From Niveibacterium sp. (GTDB taxonomy: Bacteria > Pseudomonadota > Gammaproteobacteria > Burkholderiales > Rhodocyclaceae), in NCBI GenBank assembly GCA_031555325.1, contig JAVBUM010000031.1, positions 743 to 64,742 of the forward strand: a stretch of 64,000 nt of DNA, in the 5' to 3' direction. The position numbers were made by a program, and so were the translations under genes. Shown here piece by piece: positions 40,015 to 50,776 of this stretch. The notes beneath the pieces were generated by a model, which worked only from the letters and a program-made list of their open reading frames with translations, did not search any database and had not been told where the DNA came from. The stretch's first letter is position 1; each line of letters opens with the position of its first letter.

Positions 40015-40341
40015 TCAAGCGCCGACGACGCCGGCTCCCTCCAGCAGCTTCTGCAGCTCGCCGGACTGGTACATCTCCTTCATGATGTCGCAGCCGCCAA
40101 GGAATTCACCACCAACGTAGAGCTGGGGGATCGTCGGCCAATTCGCATACTCCTTGATACCTTGGCGTACATCTCCGTCTTCCAGAACATTCACCGAAAA
40201 GTAGCTCGTCACGCCACACAGTTTGAGAATCTGTGCTGCGGTCGACGAGAAGCCGCATTGCGGAAACTGCGGCGTACCCTTCATGTACAGCACGACCGGG
40301 TTGCTGGTGACGGTCTGATGGATACGATCCTGCACGCTCAT
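40015..40341 (-). CDS. grxD: Monothiol glutaredoxin Grx4
   Basis: MKGTPQFPQCGFS, WPTIPQLY, GGCDI. Confidence 0.97.
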   Translation of the reverse strand: MSVQDRIHQTVTSNPVVLYMKGTPQFPQCGFSSTAAQILKLCGVTSYFSVNVLEDGDVRQGIKEYANWPTIPQLYVGGEFLGGCDIMKEMYQSGELQKLLEGAGVVGA

Positions 40342-40492
40342 GTTCTGTCCTTCCAATTTCGTGGGCGGGGCACTGGGCACCCGAAAACCTTGCTTCAGAT
40401 CCATTGAAGCGAAGGCAAATACTTGAGTAATTTGATCGGGTTCTAAGTGTAAGAAAACCCGCCACAGGCGTCAAACAGAACCACGTCATCCT

Positions 40493-41380
40493 CTATTCCG
40501 GCCACTGCCCAAGACTGACACGCTCGATGCCCGCCAGATCGTGCAACGACTTGATCTCGCGGAACCCTGCGTCCAAGAGCAGATTCCGGACAGCGGAAGA
40601 TTGGTCATAACCATGCTCAAGCAACAGCCACCCACCTGATGCCAGATGTGCTGGCGCTACCTGGATAATGTGACGGATATCCCGCAGGCCATCGGGTCCC
40701 GAGACCAGCGCTGCCAGAGGCTCGCAGAGCAGGTCTCCTCGCCCAAGGTGTGGATCCTGGTCGGCGATATAGGGCGGATTCGCAACCAGCAAATCAAACC
40801 GTTCACCGGGTAGCGCGGAATACCAGTCGCTCCGAACGAAATACACTCTCGCACTGAGGGTCGCTGCATTTTCGCGTGCGATTTCCAAGGCCCTGTCGGA
40901 TGCGTCGACCGCCCACACCTCGGCAGTTGGCGCCTCACACGCGAGGCTGACCGCAATCGCTCCGCTACCCGTGCCGAGATCAAGCACCCGCGCGCGCGCC
41001 TTCGAAAGTCGCTCCAATGCTGCGTCAACTAACAGTTCTGTTTCGGGGCGGGGAATGAGAACACCAGGCCCAACGGTGAAGCGACGGCCGTAGAACTCGC
41101 GCCACCCGATGATGTATGCGATCGGTTCGCCACGCTCCCGCTGGGCAACCCAATCGAAGAACATTGTCGCCGCAACGGGATCAAGCAAACGCTCCGGGAA
41201 CGCAATCACCGCTGCGGCACTGGCACCACTGGCCTCACGCAAAAGCAGTCTGGCCTCGGCTTGGGTGATACGTAGCCGCGCTGTCGTAAGCGCCTCGCCA
41301 AAGCTCCAGTCGCGGCTCACTTGCGTGCTATCGCTGTGTGCAGCGGCACTTGGGTTATCAAGCTCATGCGGTGGACGCAT
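40493..41380 (-). CDS. prmC: Release factor glutamine methyltransferase
   Basis: GEPIAYI, LIPRPETE, DLGTGSG, NPPY, EHGYDQ; alternative GTG start at 41320. Confidence 0.95.
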   Translation of the reverse strand: MRPPHELDNPSAAAHSDSTQVSRDWSFGEALTTARLRITQAEARLLLREASGASAAAVIAFPERLLDPVAATMFFDWVAQRERGEPIAYIIGWREFYGRRFTVGPGVLIPRPETELLVDAALERLSKARARVLDLGTGSGAIAVSLACEAPTAEVWAVDASDRALEIARENAATLSARVYFVRSDWYSALPGERFDLLVANPPYIADQDPHLGRGDLLCEPLAALVSGPDGLRDIRHIIQVAPAHLASGGWLLLEHGYDQSSAVRNLLLDAGFREIKSLHDLAGIERVSLGQWPE

Positions 41381-41385
41381 GATGC

Positions 41386-42468
41386 TTACTCGCTCTCGGT
41401 CAGTGCAGCCAGCAGCTCCGCTCGATGCTCAGCGCGCAAGGCTTCAATCACTTCGCCGATATCTCCATCCATGGCAGCATCAAGCTTATACAGCGTGACA
41501 TTGATCCGATGGTCGGTAATCCGGCCCTGCGGAAAGTTGTAGGTCCGAATCCGCTCGGAGCGGTCACCGCTTCCGACCAGACTCTTGCGCGTAGCAGCCT
41601 CCTTCGCCTGCTGCTCACGCATCTGCACATCTTTGATGCGCGCCGCTAGCACAGCAAGCGCCTGGGCCTTATTGCGGTGTTGCGATCGGTCATCCTGGCA
41701 TTCAACGACGATGCCTGTTGGCAAATGCGTAATTCGAACAGCAGAGTCGGTCTTGTTGATGTGTTGTCCACCGGCGCCGCTTGCACGAAAGGTGTCGATC
41801 CGGATCTCAGCCGGGTTGATCGCCACTTCACCAAGCTCATCAGCCTCCGGCATCACGGCAACGGTGCAGGCCGAGGTATGAATCCGGCCCTGCGTTTCAG
41901 TAACCGGCACGCGCTGCACACGATGCCCACCCGATTCAAATTTGAGCTTTGAGTACGCATCATTGCCAACAATCCGCAGGATGACTTCCTTGTACCCCCC
42001 TAGGTCCGATTCACTAGCGGATACAATCTCCACGCGCCACCCTTGGCGTTCGGCGTAGCGAGTATACATTCGCAGCAAATCGCCAGCGAACAGGGCTGCC
42101 TCTTCGCCCCCCGTCCCGGCTCGGATTTCAAGAAAGAGATTTCGCGCGTCGTTAGGGTCTCGCGGCAGCAGGGCGCACTGTAGTTCGCCATCGAGTCTGG
42201 CAACTTCAACTCTGGCCACATCGATTTCTTCGACAGCCAGATCCTTCATCTCAGGATCGGCAAGCAGCTCCTGCGCACTCCGGCCAGCGTCCTCAGCCCG
42301 CAGGTAGTCTTGCCAGAGGGCAACGATCGGAGCGAGTTCCGAATGCTCGCGATTCAGTTTACGGTAGCGATCGATATCGCTGACTGCATCCTCCGCTCCG
42401 AGCAAGCCATCGAGTTCAGCGAGACGATGCGCAAGATGTTCGAGCTTTTCCCGAATACTGAGTTTCAT
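41386..42468 (-). CDS. prfA: Peptide chain release factor 1
   Basis: [11 protein letters not shown] specificity motif, [15 protein letters not shown]. Confidence 0.98.
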   Translation of the reverse strand: MKLSIREKLEHLAHRLAELDGLLGAEDAVSDIDRYRKLNREHSELAPIVALWQDYLRAEDAGRSAQELLADPEMKDLAVEEIDVARVEVARLDGELQCALLPRDPNDARNLFLEIRAGTGGEEAALFAGDLLRMYTRYAERQGWRVEIVSASESDLGGYKEVILRIVGNDAYSKLKFESGGHRVQRVPVTETQGRIHTSACTVAVMPEADELGEVAINPAEIRIDTFRASGAGGQHINKTDSAVRITHLPTGIVVECQDDRSQHRNKAQALAVLAARIKDVQMREQQAKEAATRKSLVGSGDRSERIRTYNFPQGRITDHRINVTLYKLDAAMDGDIGEVIEALRAEHRAELLAALTESE

Positions 42469-42503
42469 GACGGAAAGATGAGGTGCGGTCGCGGTAGCGA
42501 CGA

Positions 42504-43754
42504 CTAGGAGCGGTCGAGATTGAAAAGCCGGCGCACGAGATCAGACGACTCGGCAATCTGATCCCGCTCGGCACGGTTCAAGAACTGGGTCGGCGCATGC
42601 ATCAGCTTGTTGGTGATCCCTTGAGACAGCGCTTCAAGCAACGCCTTGGGATCCTCTCCACGAGCAAGGCGCTGGAGCGCCCTTTCGAGCTCAATTCGAC
42701 GCAGATCTTCGGCTTGACCGCGCAGCGCGCGAATCACGGGTACCGCTTCGCGTGCCTCGACCCAATGCAGGAAGTCCGACACCTCCCCCGAAATGATGGC
42801 TTCGGCCTCGCTCACTGCCTGACGGCGAGAGTCAATGCCAGCGGCCACAATCTGCGCGAGATCATCAACGGTGTAGAGGAAAACATCATCGAGATCACGG
42901 ATTTCGACTTCGACATCGCGCGGTACCGCAAGGTCGACCATAACGATCGGGCGGTGGCGGCGACTCTTGATAGCCCGCTCGACCATGCCGAGCCCAATGA
43001 CTGGCAGTGGGCTCCCTGTACAGCTCACGACGATGTCGTAGTGCACCAACTGCTCAGGGAGCGCCTCAAGCGTAATCGCCTGTCCGCCGAATCGTGCGGC
43101 GAGCCCCTCGGCACGCGACAGCGTACGGTTGGCAATAGTCAATCGACGTGGCCCGCAGCCAGCGAAATGGGCGGCACACAGCTCAATCATCTCGCCAGCC
43201 CCCACGAAGAGGACATTCTGGTCGCCGACTGAACCGAAGATCCGCTCCGACATACGTACTGCCGCCGCAGCCATCGATACTACATTGCTCCCGATCGCCG
43301 TCGACGAACGAACCTCCTTAGCCACAGCAAACGTCTTCTGGAACAGCTTATGCAGTAGCGTTCCAAGCGTTCCTGCACGCTCGGCGGTCCGAGCCGCCTC
43401 CTTCATCTGACCAAGGATCTGCGGCTCGCCCAGCACCATGGAATCGAGGCCGGACGCGACACGGAACATGTGGCGCACGGCATCTGCATGAGGCAGAGTG
43501 AACAAATGGGGCGCAAGTTGAGGCAGTTCGACCCGATGCCAGTCCGCCAGCCAGTCAGCGACAGCTTCTGGCGCTTCAGTTGCGCAATACAGTTCGGTGC
43601 GGTTGCAAGTCGATAGAATCGCCGCTTCGCGAACGGGACGCTTGTGGACCAAGCTACCGAGCGCCTCCATCAATCGCTCCGGCTGGAACGCCACACGCTC
43701 CCGCAACGCGAGCGGCGCGGAATGGTGATTGATGCCAAGGGCGAACAGGGCCAT
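42504..43754 (-). CDS. hemA: Glutamyl-tRNA reductase
   Basis: [39 protein letters not shown]. Confidence 0.97.
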   Translation of the reverse strand: MALFALGINHHSAPLALRERVAFQPERLMEALGSLVHKRPVREAAILSTCNRTELYCATEAPEAVADWLADWHRVELPQLAPHLFTLPHADAVRHMFRVASGLDSMVLGEPQILGQMKEAARTAERAGTLGTLLHKLFQKTFAVAKEVRSSTAIGSNVVSMAAAAVRMSERIFGSVGDQNVLFVGAGEMIELCAAHFAGCGPRRLTIANRTLSRAEGLAARFGGQAITLEALPEQLVHYDIVVSCTGSPLPVIGLGMVERAIKSRRHRPIVMVDLAVPRDVEVEIRDLDDVFLYTVDDLAQIVAAGIDSRRQAVSEAEAIISGEVSDFLHWVEAREAVPVIRALRGQAEDLRRIELERALQRLARGEDPKALLEALSQGITNKLMHAPTQFLNRAERDQIAESSDLVRRLFNLDRS

Positions 43755-43954
43755 TGATGAACCGGACATGGTTTCGTACAGATTCGAGCGAATATCGATC
43801 AGAAAGCAGCCAATCTAAACCGGATCAGCCACCACCGATCCCCTTCGCGTCCGCGCTGCGCAAGGCTTTGCTAGCCGCCAACGCGGGATTCTACCACCCG
43901 CCTCCGCACGGCATCGAACATGAACATGTCGCAAAAGGCCCGTATTTCACAACA

Positions 43955-44413
43955 CTATTTGACGATCCGCAGCCGCGGTCGCCCACCGCTCGGCGGCGGA
44001 TCTTCATTCCCGCCTTCGGTAAGCGTTGGCTCAAGACTCTCAGGCTCCGCCTCCTGTTGGGTAATCGCCGAGTCCTGAGCTGCCGCCTCTGAACCCACGG
44101 CCCCCACCTCGAAAGCCATACCCTGTCCGTTCTCACGCGCGTAAATCGCGGAGATATTGTCAATCGGCACATAGAGCTGATGCGCCACGCCACCAAAACG
44201 GGCCTGACAACTCATTGCCTCATTGTCCAGTTGAAACTTGTTCGTAGCGTGTGGAGCAATATTCAGCACGATCTGCCCGTCGCGAACAAAGGCGCGGGGT
44301 ACCCGCACGCCTTCACCGACAATAACGGCCAGATGGGGAGTAAGCCCCGCATCCAGGCACCAATCATAGATTGCCCGGATCAGGTACGGTTTCGTCGAAG
44401 GGATATCGCTCAT
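43955..44413 (-). CDS. sspB: ClpXP adaptor SspB
   Basis: STKPYLIRAIYDWC, GQIVLNI, YARENGQGMAF, C-terminal RPRLRIVK. Confidence 0.96.
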   Translation of the reverse strand: MSDIPSTKPYLIRAIYDWCLDAGLTPHLAVIVGEGVRVPRAFVRDGQIVLNIAPHATNKFQLDNEAMSCQARFGGVAHQLYVPIDNISAIYARENGQGMAFEVGAVGSEAAAQDSAITQQEAEPESLEPTLTEGGNEDPPPSGGRPRLRIVK

Positions 44414-44496
44414 TTGGGCATCCGGCGTACGGCCGGAACATATCGGAAGGTCTGCGGCACCCTCGTGCCGACACGAGGGGTCACCGCATGGTTGGC

Positions 44497-45093
44497 TCAG
44501 CGACGCATCGCACGCTCGGAAGGCGTCAAGGCGTCAATAAACCCTTGGCGACTGAAAATCCGTTCGGCATATTTCATGATCGGTGCCGCAGCTTTCGGAA
44601 GCTCGATTCCATAGTGCTCCAATCGCCAGAGCAGTGGAGCAATCGCAACATCCAGCATCGAGAACTCTTCACCTAGCATGAACTTCTGCTTGACGAACAT
44701 CGGCGCGAGCTGTGCGAGCTGATCACGAACCAGCGCACGGTTCTTCTCGGCCCCCTTGGCGTTCTTCTCTAACGCCTCGATATGAGAGAACAGCTCTTGC
44801 TCAAGCGAGTGCAGCAACTGGCGCGCCTTGGCCCGCAGGATCGGGTCAGGCGGCATCAACTGCGGATGCGGAAAGCGCTCATCGATGTATTCATTGATGA
44901 TGTTCGGCTCGTAGAGCACCAGATCACGGTCGACCAGCACGGGTACGCGGTTGTAAGGATTGATTACCGCGATATCCTCCGGCTTGTTGTACAGATCGAC
45001 ATCGATGACCTGGAAGTCCATGCCCTTCTCATAGAGCACGATCCGGCAGCGGTGGCTGAAGGGATCCGTGGTGCCGGAATACAGGTTCATCAT
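44497..45093 (-). CDS. sspA: Stringent starvation protein A
   Basis: MMNLYSGTTDPFSHRCRIVL, NPYNRVPVL, EYIDERFPHP. Confidence 0.97.
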   Translation of the reverse strand: MMNLYSGTTDPFSHRCRIVLYEKGMDFQVIDVDLYNKPEDIAVINPYNRVPVLVDRDLVLYEPNIINEYIDERFPHPQLMPPDPILRAKARQLLHSLEQELFSHIEALEKNAKGAEKNRALVRDQLAQLAPMFVKQKFMLGEEFSMLDVAIAPLLWRLEHYGIELPKAAAPIMKYAERIFSRQGFIDALTPSERAMRR

Positions 45094-45125
45094 CGTATGT
45101 TACCCCGGTAGTTGAAATATCAAAG

Positions 45126-45155
45126 ACGACGCGCCGCAGTTCTGCGGCGCGTCGT
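45126..45155 (-). terminator. Hairpin after petC (probable terminator)
   Basis: ACGACGCGCCGCAG-TT-CTGCGGCGCGTCGT 14-bp perfect stem. Confidence 0.75.
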
Positions 45156-45196
45156 TAACTGCGTTGCCAGGCGATACATGCATCGCCTCAAGCCTT

Positions 45197-45949
45197 TTAG
45201 TGCACGTCCTTCCAGAAGGACTTCTTCATCGCATACGAAAGACCAGCCAGAACGATCAGCACGCCAATCACTGCATAGCCAATCTGCTTACGGGTGTTCT
45301 GGGCAGGCTCTCCCATCCACACCAGGAAGGAGACAAGGTCACCCATCGCCTTGTCATAATCGGCAGGGCTCAATGCGCCAGGTTTCGCCACTTCCAGTTT
45401 TTCAAGACGCGAAGTCTTATTCCCGTGGCCATCATCTTCCGTAACAAAGTGAGCCACCTGCTCGCCCTGGAGTTCCCACAGCACATGCGGCATGCCCACG
45501 GCGGGAAATATGCGGTTATTCCAGCCAGTCGGGCGCTGATCGTCACGATAGAAGCCACGCAGGTAGGAGTAAAGCCAGTCGGCGCCGCTTCCCAGTTCAG
45601 AGCCACGAGCACGCGCAATGACCGAAAGATCCGGAGGCACCGCGCCGAACCACTTTTTGGCCTCATCACGGTGCATTGCGATCGTCATCGGCTCGCCGAT
45701 CTTGTCCGATGTGAACATCAGGTTATTACGGATCTGATCCTCTGACAGACCGATATCTTGAAGGCGGTTGTAGCGAAGCAAGCTTGCCCCGTGGCAATTC
45801 AGGCAATAGTTAACGAACAGCTTGGCCCCGTGTTGCAGCGATTTCTGATCGAAACTGACCGGCGCCTTGTCGAGGACGACCTCTTCCGAGGCCGTCGCAA
45901 CGAACGGCAGCAGCAGCGCGGCAGCAGCCAGCGTACGAAGGATTTTCAT
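45197..45949 (-). CDS. petC: Cytochrome c1
   Basis: YCLNCH haem motif, PPDLS, VGMPHVL, C-terminal TM. Confidence 0.96.
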   Translation of the reverse strand: MKILRTLAAAALLLPFVATASEEVVLDKAPVSFDQKSLQHGAKLFVNYCLNCHGASLLRYNRLQDIGLSEDQIRNNLMFTSDKIGEPMTIAMHRDEAKKWFGAVPPDLSVIARARGSELGSGADWLYSYLRGFYRDDQRPTGWNNRIFPAVGMPHVLWELQGEQVAHFVTEDDGHGNKTSRLEKLEVAKPGALSPADYDKAMGDLVSFLVWMGEPAQNTRKQIGYAVIGVLIVLAGLSYAMKKSFWKDVH

Positions 45950-45957
45950 GGTGCGGC

Positions 45958-47340
45958 TCATTTCCAGGTGACCCTTTCCGGTTCGGGTTTCGTCTTCTCA
46001 AGCTTCGAGTAGATCGGCATCAGCGCGAAGAACAGGAAGTAGAGGACAGTGCAGATTTGCGCGAGCATGTTGCGCGCCGGGCTGGGCGGCTGAACGCCCA
46101 GGTAACCCAGGATCGCGAACACCACGACAAAGATTGCAATGGCGATCTTTGTCAGCGCCCCCTTATACCGGATCGACTTGACCGGGCTACGGTCGAGCCA
46201 GGGTAGGAAAGCGAGCACGACCACACCCGCACCCATCATCACGACACCCCAGAACTTGGCGTCGATGAAGAACATACCGCCGATCACCAGCACGGCAATC
46301 ACGGTCACGATAGCCTTCCAGATCGCTGGCGCGCGCATTAGTGCCCAGAGCCAGATCGCAGCCATGCCAAGCTGCATCACGATGAGGAAATCCGACGTGA
46401 CAGCACGCAGAATCGAGTAGTACGGCGTGAAGTACCACACCGGTGCAATATGCGGCGGCGTCTTTAGCGGATCGGCAGGGAAGAAGTTGTTGAACTCCAG
46501 GAAATAGCCACCGCCTTCCGGCGCGAAGAACAAGATCGCACAGAAGAAGATCAGGAACACCACGACGCCGAAGATGTCTTTTACTGTGTAGTACGGGTGG
46601 AACGGGATGCCGTCGAGCGGGATACCGTTAGCGTCCTTCTTCTTCTTGATCTCGATACCGTCCGGGTTGAGCGAACCGACTTCGTGCAGCGCAATGATGT
46701 GCGCTACGACCAAACCGATCAGGACTAGCGGAACAGCGATGACGTGGAACGAGAAGAAGCGATTCAGCGTCACATCGGAAACCACGTAGTCACCACGGAT
46801 CCAGATCGAAAGATCCGGCCCAACCAGCGGGACTGCGGAAAACAGGTTCACGATGACCTGCGCACCCCAGTACGACATCTGACCCCAGGGCAGCAGATAG
46901 CCCATGAAGGCCTCGGCCATCAGGCACAGGAAAATCAGCGAGCCGAAAATCCAGACGAGCTCCCGCGGCTTGCGATAGGAGCCGTAGATCAGACCGCGGA
47001 ACATGTGTAGATAGACGACGATAAAAAACGCCGACGCGCCCGTCGAATGCAGGTAGCGGATGATCCAGCCGCCCGGCACATCGCGCATGATGTATTCGAC
47101 GCTGGCAAAGGCGACCGGAATGCCGGCAGCATTCAGCGAGGCGTCCGGCTTGTAGTGCATGACCAGGAAAATCCCGGTCACGATCTGGATCACCAGCACC
47201 ATCAGCGCGAGCGAACCGAAGAAATACCAGAAGTTAAAGTTTTTCGGTGCGTAGTACTCGGACAGATGCTCCTTCCACATCGAGGTGAGCGGGAAGCGTG
47301 CATCGATCCAGTTCAGCAGTTCTTGCGATTTGGTAGTCAT
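45958..47340 (-). CDS. petB: Cytochrome b
   Basis: GIFLVMHY, RYLHSTGAS, LPWGQMSYWGAQVI, HIAPVWYF. Confidence 0.97.
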   Translation of the reverse strand: MTTKSQELLNWIDARFPLTSMWKEHLSEYYAPKNFNFWYFFGSLALMVLVIQIVTGIFLVMHYKPDASLNAAGIPVAFASVEYIMRDVPGGWIIRYLHSTGASAFFIVVYLHMFRGLIYGSYRKPRELVWIFGSLIFLCLMAEAFMGYLLPWGQMSYWGAQVIVNLFSAVPLVGPDLSIWIRGDYVVSDVTLNRFFSFHVIAVPLVLIGLVVAHIIALHEVGSLNPDGIEIKKKKDANGIPLDGIPFHPYYTVKDIFGVVVFLIFFCAILFFAPEGGGYFLEFNNFFPADPLKTPPHIAPVWYFTPYYSILRAVTSDFLIVMQLGMAAIWLWALMRAPAIWKAIVTVIAVLVIGGMFFIDAKFWGVVMMGAGVVVLAFLPWLDRSPVKSIRYKGALTKIAIAIFVVVFAILGYLGVQPPSPARNMLAQICTVLYFLFFALMPIYSKLEKTKPEPERVTWK

Positions 47341-47343
47341 CGC

Positions 47344-47940
47344 TTAGGCTCCCTTGCTGTCTTCGCCGATCAGGATGCGCGTATCGGACAGATACGTATG
47401 CGGCGGAACCGGCAGGTTGTCGGGCGCCGGCTTATTCTTGAAGACACGGCCGGAGAGGTCGAACGTCGAGCCGTGGCACGGGCAAAGGAAACCACCATGC
47501 CAATCAGCGCCCAAGCCGCTATCGGCGCCCGTCTGGAACTTTGTGCTCGGAGAGCAGCCCAAGTGGGTGCAAATGCCAATCACTACGAGATATTCGGGCT
47601 TGATCGCACGCGCTTCACCCTTGATATAGGGAGGTTGTTCTGAACGTACAGATTCCGGATCCGCCAGCTCGTTCGTATCTTTGTTCAATGATGCCAGTTG
47701 ATCGGGCGTCCGGCGCATGATCCAGACCGGTTTGCCACGCCATTCGACCGTCATCATGTCGCCCGGCTGGAGTTTGGAGACATCCGCCTCCACCGGCGCG
47801 CCGGCCGCTTTGGCGCGTTCCGACGGCGTAAGACTCGCCAGGAAGGGTACTGCTGCTCCTGCCGCAGCCGCCCCCCCGACGGCCGAGGTAGCGATCACCA
47901 GATTTCTCCGGCCGCCATCCATTTTTGTATCGTCGCTCAT
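47344..47940 (-). CDS. petA: Rieske iron-sulfur subunit of bc1 complex
   Basis: GRRNL Tat-like leader, CTHLGC, CPCHGS. Confidence 0.97.
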   Translation of the reverse strand: MSDDTKMDGGRRNLVIATSAVGGAAAAGAAVPFLASLTPSERAKAAGAPVEADVSKLQPGDMMTVEWRGKPVWIMRRTPDQLASLNKDTNELADPESVRSEQPPYIKGEARAIKPEYLVVIGICTHLGCSPSTKFQTGADSGLGADWHGGFLCPCHGSTFDLSGRVFKNKPAPDNLPVPPHTYLSDTRILIGEDSKGA

Positions 47941-48125
47941 GACCCTCTATCCCCGGAATACAACCCGATTTGCGGAATTTCGCAGTAAATCCAAGCGATT
48001 ATATCGGAGTGGTCACGCCGGTTGAAGAGTCGGCGACTCCAGTCGAGCCAAGGCCCGCATCAATCCTTGCTATGCGGCAAATCGGTACTGTTAAGGAAAC
48101 GCTCCAACCCGCCACGAACATTCGT

Positions 48126-49322
48126 TCAGATTGCGTGGCGCGAGCGTAGTGCGGCAATCTGATCAACTGATACGCCAAGCTCGGAAAGCAGTGCATCAGT
48201 ATGCTCACCGAGCGTGGGGCCAATCCAGTCCGTAGCGCCAGGCGTGGCGCCAAGCCTAGGCACGATACCGGGGATGCGGAAGGGTTTTCCATCAGGCAAA
48301 CGTGCCTCCTCCAGCATGCCACGCGCAGCGAACTGGGCATCTCGGAACATGTCGCCAACCGAATACACCTTCGTAGCCGGCACTTCGGCAGCTTCCAGCA
48401 CCGACAACACTTCATGCGCATCGCGAGTTGCGACCCAGGTATCGATCGCAGCGTAGATCTCTTCGGCCCGGGCGCTACGGCCCGCGTTCCCGGCCAAGTC
48501 TGGGTCACATGCGAGATCTTCACGCCCGATCCCGCGCATCAGGCGAACAAAAATAGCATCACCGTTCCCACCGATGACAATGTGCTCGCGATCGCGGGTT
48601 GTGTGGGTATTAGAAGGTGTAATCCCTGGCATGACGTTTCCAGTCCGTTCCCGTACGAAACCTGCAACATCGAACTCAGGCACCAGACTTTCCATCATCG
48701 AGAAGACCGCCTCGTAGAGCGCGACGTCGACAATCTGGCCACTGCCACCGTTCTGCTCCCGGTGACGCAGCGCGAGCAATGCGCCAATAGCTCCCCAAAG
48801 TCCGGAGATTGAGTCCCCGATCGAAATTCCACTCTTGACAGGCGGGCGATCCGGGAAACCGGTGACATAACGCAAGCCGCCCATCGATTCACCGATGGCA
48901 CCAAAGCCCGGTTGCTGCGCCATCGGCCCGGTCTGGCCAAACCCGGAAAGACGCACCATCACCAGACCAGGGTTATCCGCGTGCAGCATCTCCCAGCCCA
49001 AACCCAGCTTTTCCATGACGCCGGGGCGAAAATTCTCGACCACGATGTCAGCCCCGGCACAGAGCCTCCGCGCTATCGCCACCGCTTCCTGATCCTTCAA
49101 GTTGAGCGTAATCGACTTCTTATTGCGCGCCTGCACATACCACCAGAGCGAAGTCCCCTCGTACAACTTGCGCCACTGCCGAAGTGGGTCTCCTCCATCT
49201 GGCGATTCAACCTTCACCACCTCTGCCCCGAATTCGGCGAGCACCCGTGCGCAGAAAGGCCCTGCGATGAGAGTGCCGAACTCGATGACACGAACACCCG
49301 AAAGGGGTTTGGTATTACCCAT
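48126..49322 (-). CDS. Family III CoA-transferase (CaiB/BaiF)
   Basis: IAGPFCAR, ARNKKS, ENFRPG, LSGFGQTGP, SIGDS. Confidence 0.93.
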   Translation of the reverse strand: MGNTKPLSGVRVIEFGTLIAGPFCARVLAEFGAEVVKVESPDGGDPLRQWRKLYEGTSLWWYVQARNKKSITLNLKDQEAVAIARRLCAGADIVVENFRPGVMEKLGLGWEMLHADNPGLVMVRLSGFGQTGPMAQQPGFGAIGESMGGLRYVTGFPDRPPVKSGISIGDSISGLWGAIGALLALRHREQNGGSGQIVDVALYEAVFSMMESLVPEFDVAGFVRERTGNVMPGITPSNTHTTRDREHIVIGGNGDAIFVRLMRGIGREDLACDPDLAGNAGRSARAEEIYAAIDTWVATRDAHEVLSVLEAAEVPATKVYSVGDMFRDAQFAARGMLEEARLPDGKPFRIPGIVPRLGATPGATDWIGPTLGEHTDALLSELGVSVDQIAALRSRHAI

Positions 49323-49482
49323 GCATGTTCTCCTTGATCGAGGGGCTGCGGGTCTCGGCACGCATCCGCAGCAAGAACCGCGATAGGACATTGAACTGGA
49401 TTCACGTTCCACACTCAAATCCGCAATCTCTTTGCGCGACCCAAACGACGAAACAACACTTCTCGAACTGAACAAATCTCAC

Positions 49483-50400
49483 ATGAAGATCTCGCTCGAC
49501 GCTCTGGCGATGCTCGATGCAATCGACACGCGCGGCAGTTTCGCCGCTGCCGCGGACGCGCTGCATCGCGTACCTTCAGCGCTTACTCATGCTATTCGCA
49601 AGCTTGAAGAAGATCTGGGCTTTCCGCTCTTCGAAAAAGTCGGGCGCCGCTCCACGCTCACGCAAGCCGGCCGCACCCTGCTGGAGGAAGGACGCGTGAT
49701 CCTTAGAGCGGCAGGCGACCTCGAACGACGCGCACGCCGGGTGGCGACCGGCTGGGAGGCCGAGTTACGCATCGCGCTTGAGACGGTTGTCGACACCAAC
49801 GCCTTTTACAACCTCGTGAGCGAGTTCTACGGCAACTATGGCGGAACGAGAATCAAGCTGATGCATGAAGTACTTGGTGGCACGTGGGACGCGCTCGCAA
49901 CCGCTCGTGCAGATCTCGTGATTGGTGCCGCGGGCGATCCCCCTGCCGGCTCAAGCTACCAGACATGCGCCTGGGGCAGCCTCGAATTCGTTTTCTGCGT
50001 CGCCCCGCACCATCCGCTCGCAGCACAGGCAGATCCGCTGCCGTTAGCGACGGTCCGCGAATACCGGGCGGTTGTGATTGCCGACACCTCGCGGCAGTTG
50101 CTGGCACGGAGCGCCGGCCTGCTGGATGGACAGGACACTCTGACGGTGCCCGATCTCTCATCCAAGACTCTGGCCCAGCGTGCTGGCTTAGGTGTGGGAA
50201 GGCTGCCACGCATGCTGGCTGAAGCCGAAGCTGCTGCCGGGCGGCTGGTAATCAAGCGGCTAAACGAAGAGAACCGCCCCATGCCGCTCTCACTCGCATG
50301 GCATGCGCGTCATGAAGGGCGTGCGCTCGAATGGTTCGTGGCACGTCTCACGGAATCGGGCTGCGCCGAAGCTCTGCTGATCAGGCACTTGGCAACCTGA
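49483..50400 (+). CDS. LysR-family regulator
   Basis: GSFAAAADALHRVPSALTHAIRKLE HTH; divergent from the CoA-transferase. Confidence 0.93.
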   Translation: MKISLDALAMLDAIDTRGSFAAAADALHRVPSALTHAIRKLEEDLGFPLFEKVGRRSTLTQAGRTLLEEGRVILRAAGDLERRARRVATGWEAELRIALETVVDTNAFYNLVSEFYGNYGGTRIKLMHEVLGGTWDALATARADLVIGAAGDPPAGSSYQTCAWGSLEFVFCVAPHHPLAAQADPLPLATVREYRAVVIADTSRQLLARSAGLLDGQDTLTVPDLSSKTLAQRAGLGVGRLPRMLAEAEAAAGRLVIKRLNEENRPMPLSLAWHARHEGRALEWFVARLTESGCAEALLIRHLAT

Positions 50401-50404
50401 GACG

Positions 50405-50776
50405 TTACCGGTGATCGGCCATCTCACGGGCATTGGCAATCGACATCCGCCGGACGGCTTCTGCCGCCACAATCTGGTTGCGCATGCCCTCTGGAAGCGG
50501 GGCACCTCGTTCAACCTCAAGCGCTGCAATAACCCGCTCGGCCGGATCGGCGATTCGCCCAGCCGGCGGCATCGCCTTGCGGATCACGGATTCGGGTTGC
50601 CCAGCAATGCGCGCAACCGTCCGCACGAAATGTGTATTCGCCTTGCGTGTCTGCGCCTCGACGTAGGCCGCCTGACCAGGCGTCGGCGGCTCCGTTGCAC
50701 CGAGTGCCGTACAGAAAAACCACTGCGCAGCAAGCAACGCGTACCAGCAACTTTTGTTTTTCATCGCCCAGATCAA
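50405..50776 (-). CDS. Hypothetical exported protein
   Basis: Signal-peptide-like N-terminus; 4-bp overlap with the qor stop implies co-translation. Confidence 0.65.
   Translation of the reverse strand: MIWAMKNKSCWYALLAAQWFFCTALGATEPPTPGQAAYVEAQTRKANTHFVRTVARIAGQPESVIRKAMPPAGRIADPAERVIAALEVERGAPLPEGMRNQIVAAEAVRRMSIANAREMADHR

Noticed and set aside
46200-46400. Extra hydrophobic insertion in cytochrome b
   Set aside because: Longer cytochrome b with additional helices here is, as recalled, common in betaproteobacteria; not novel.
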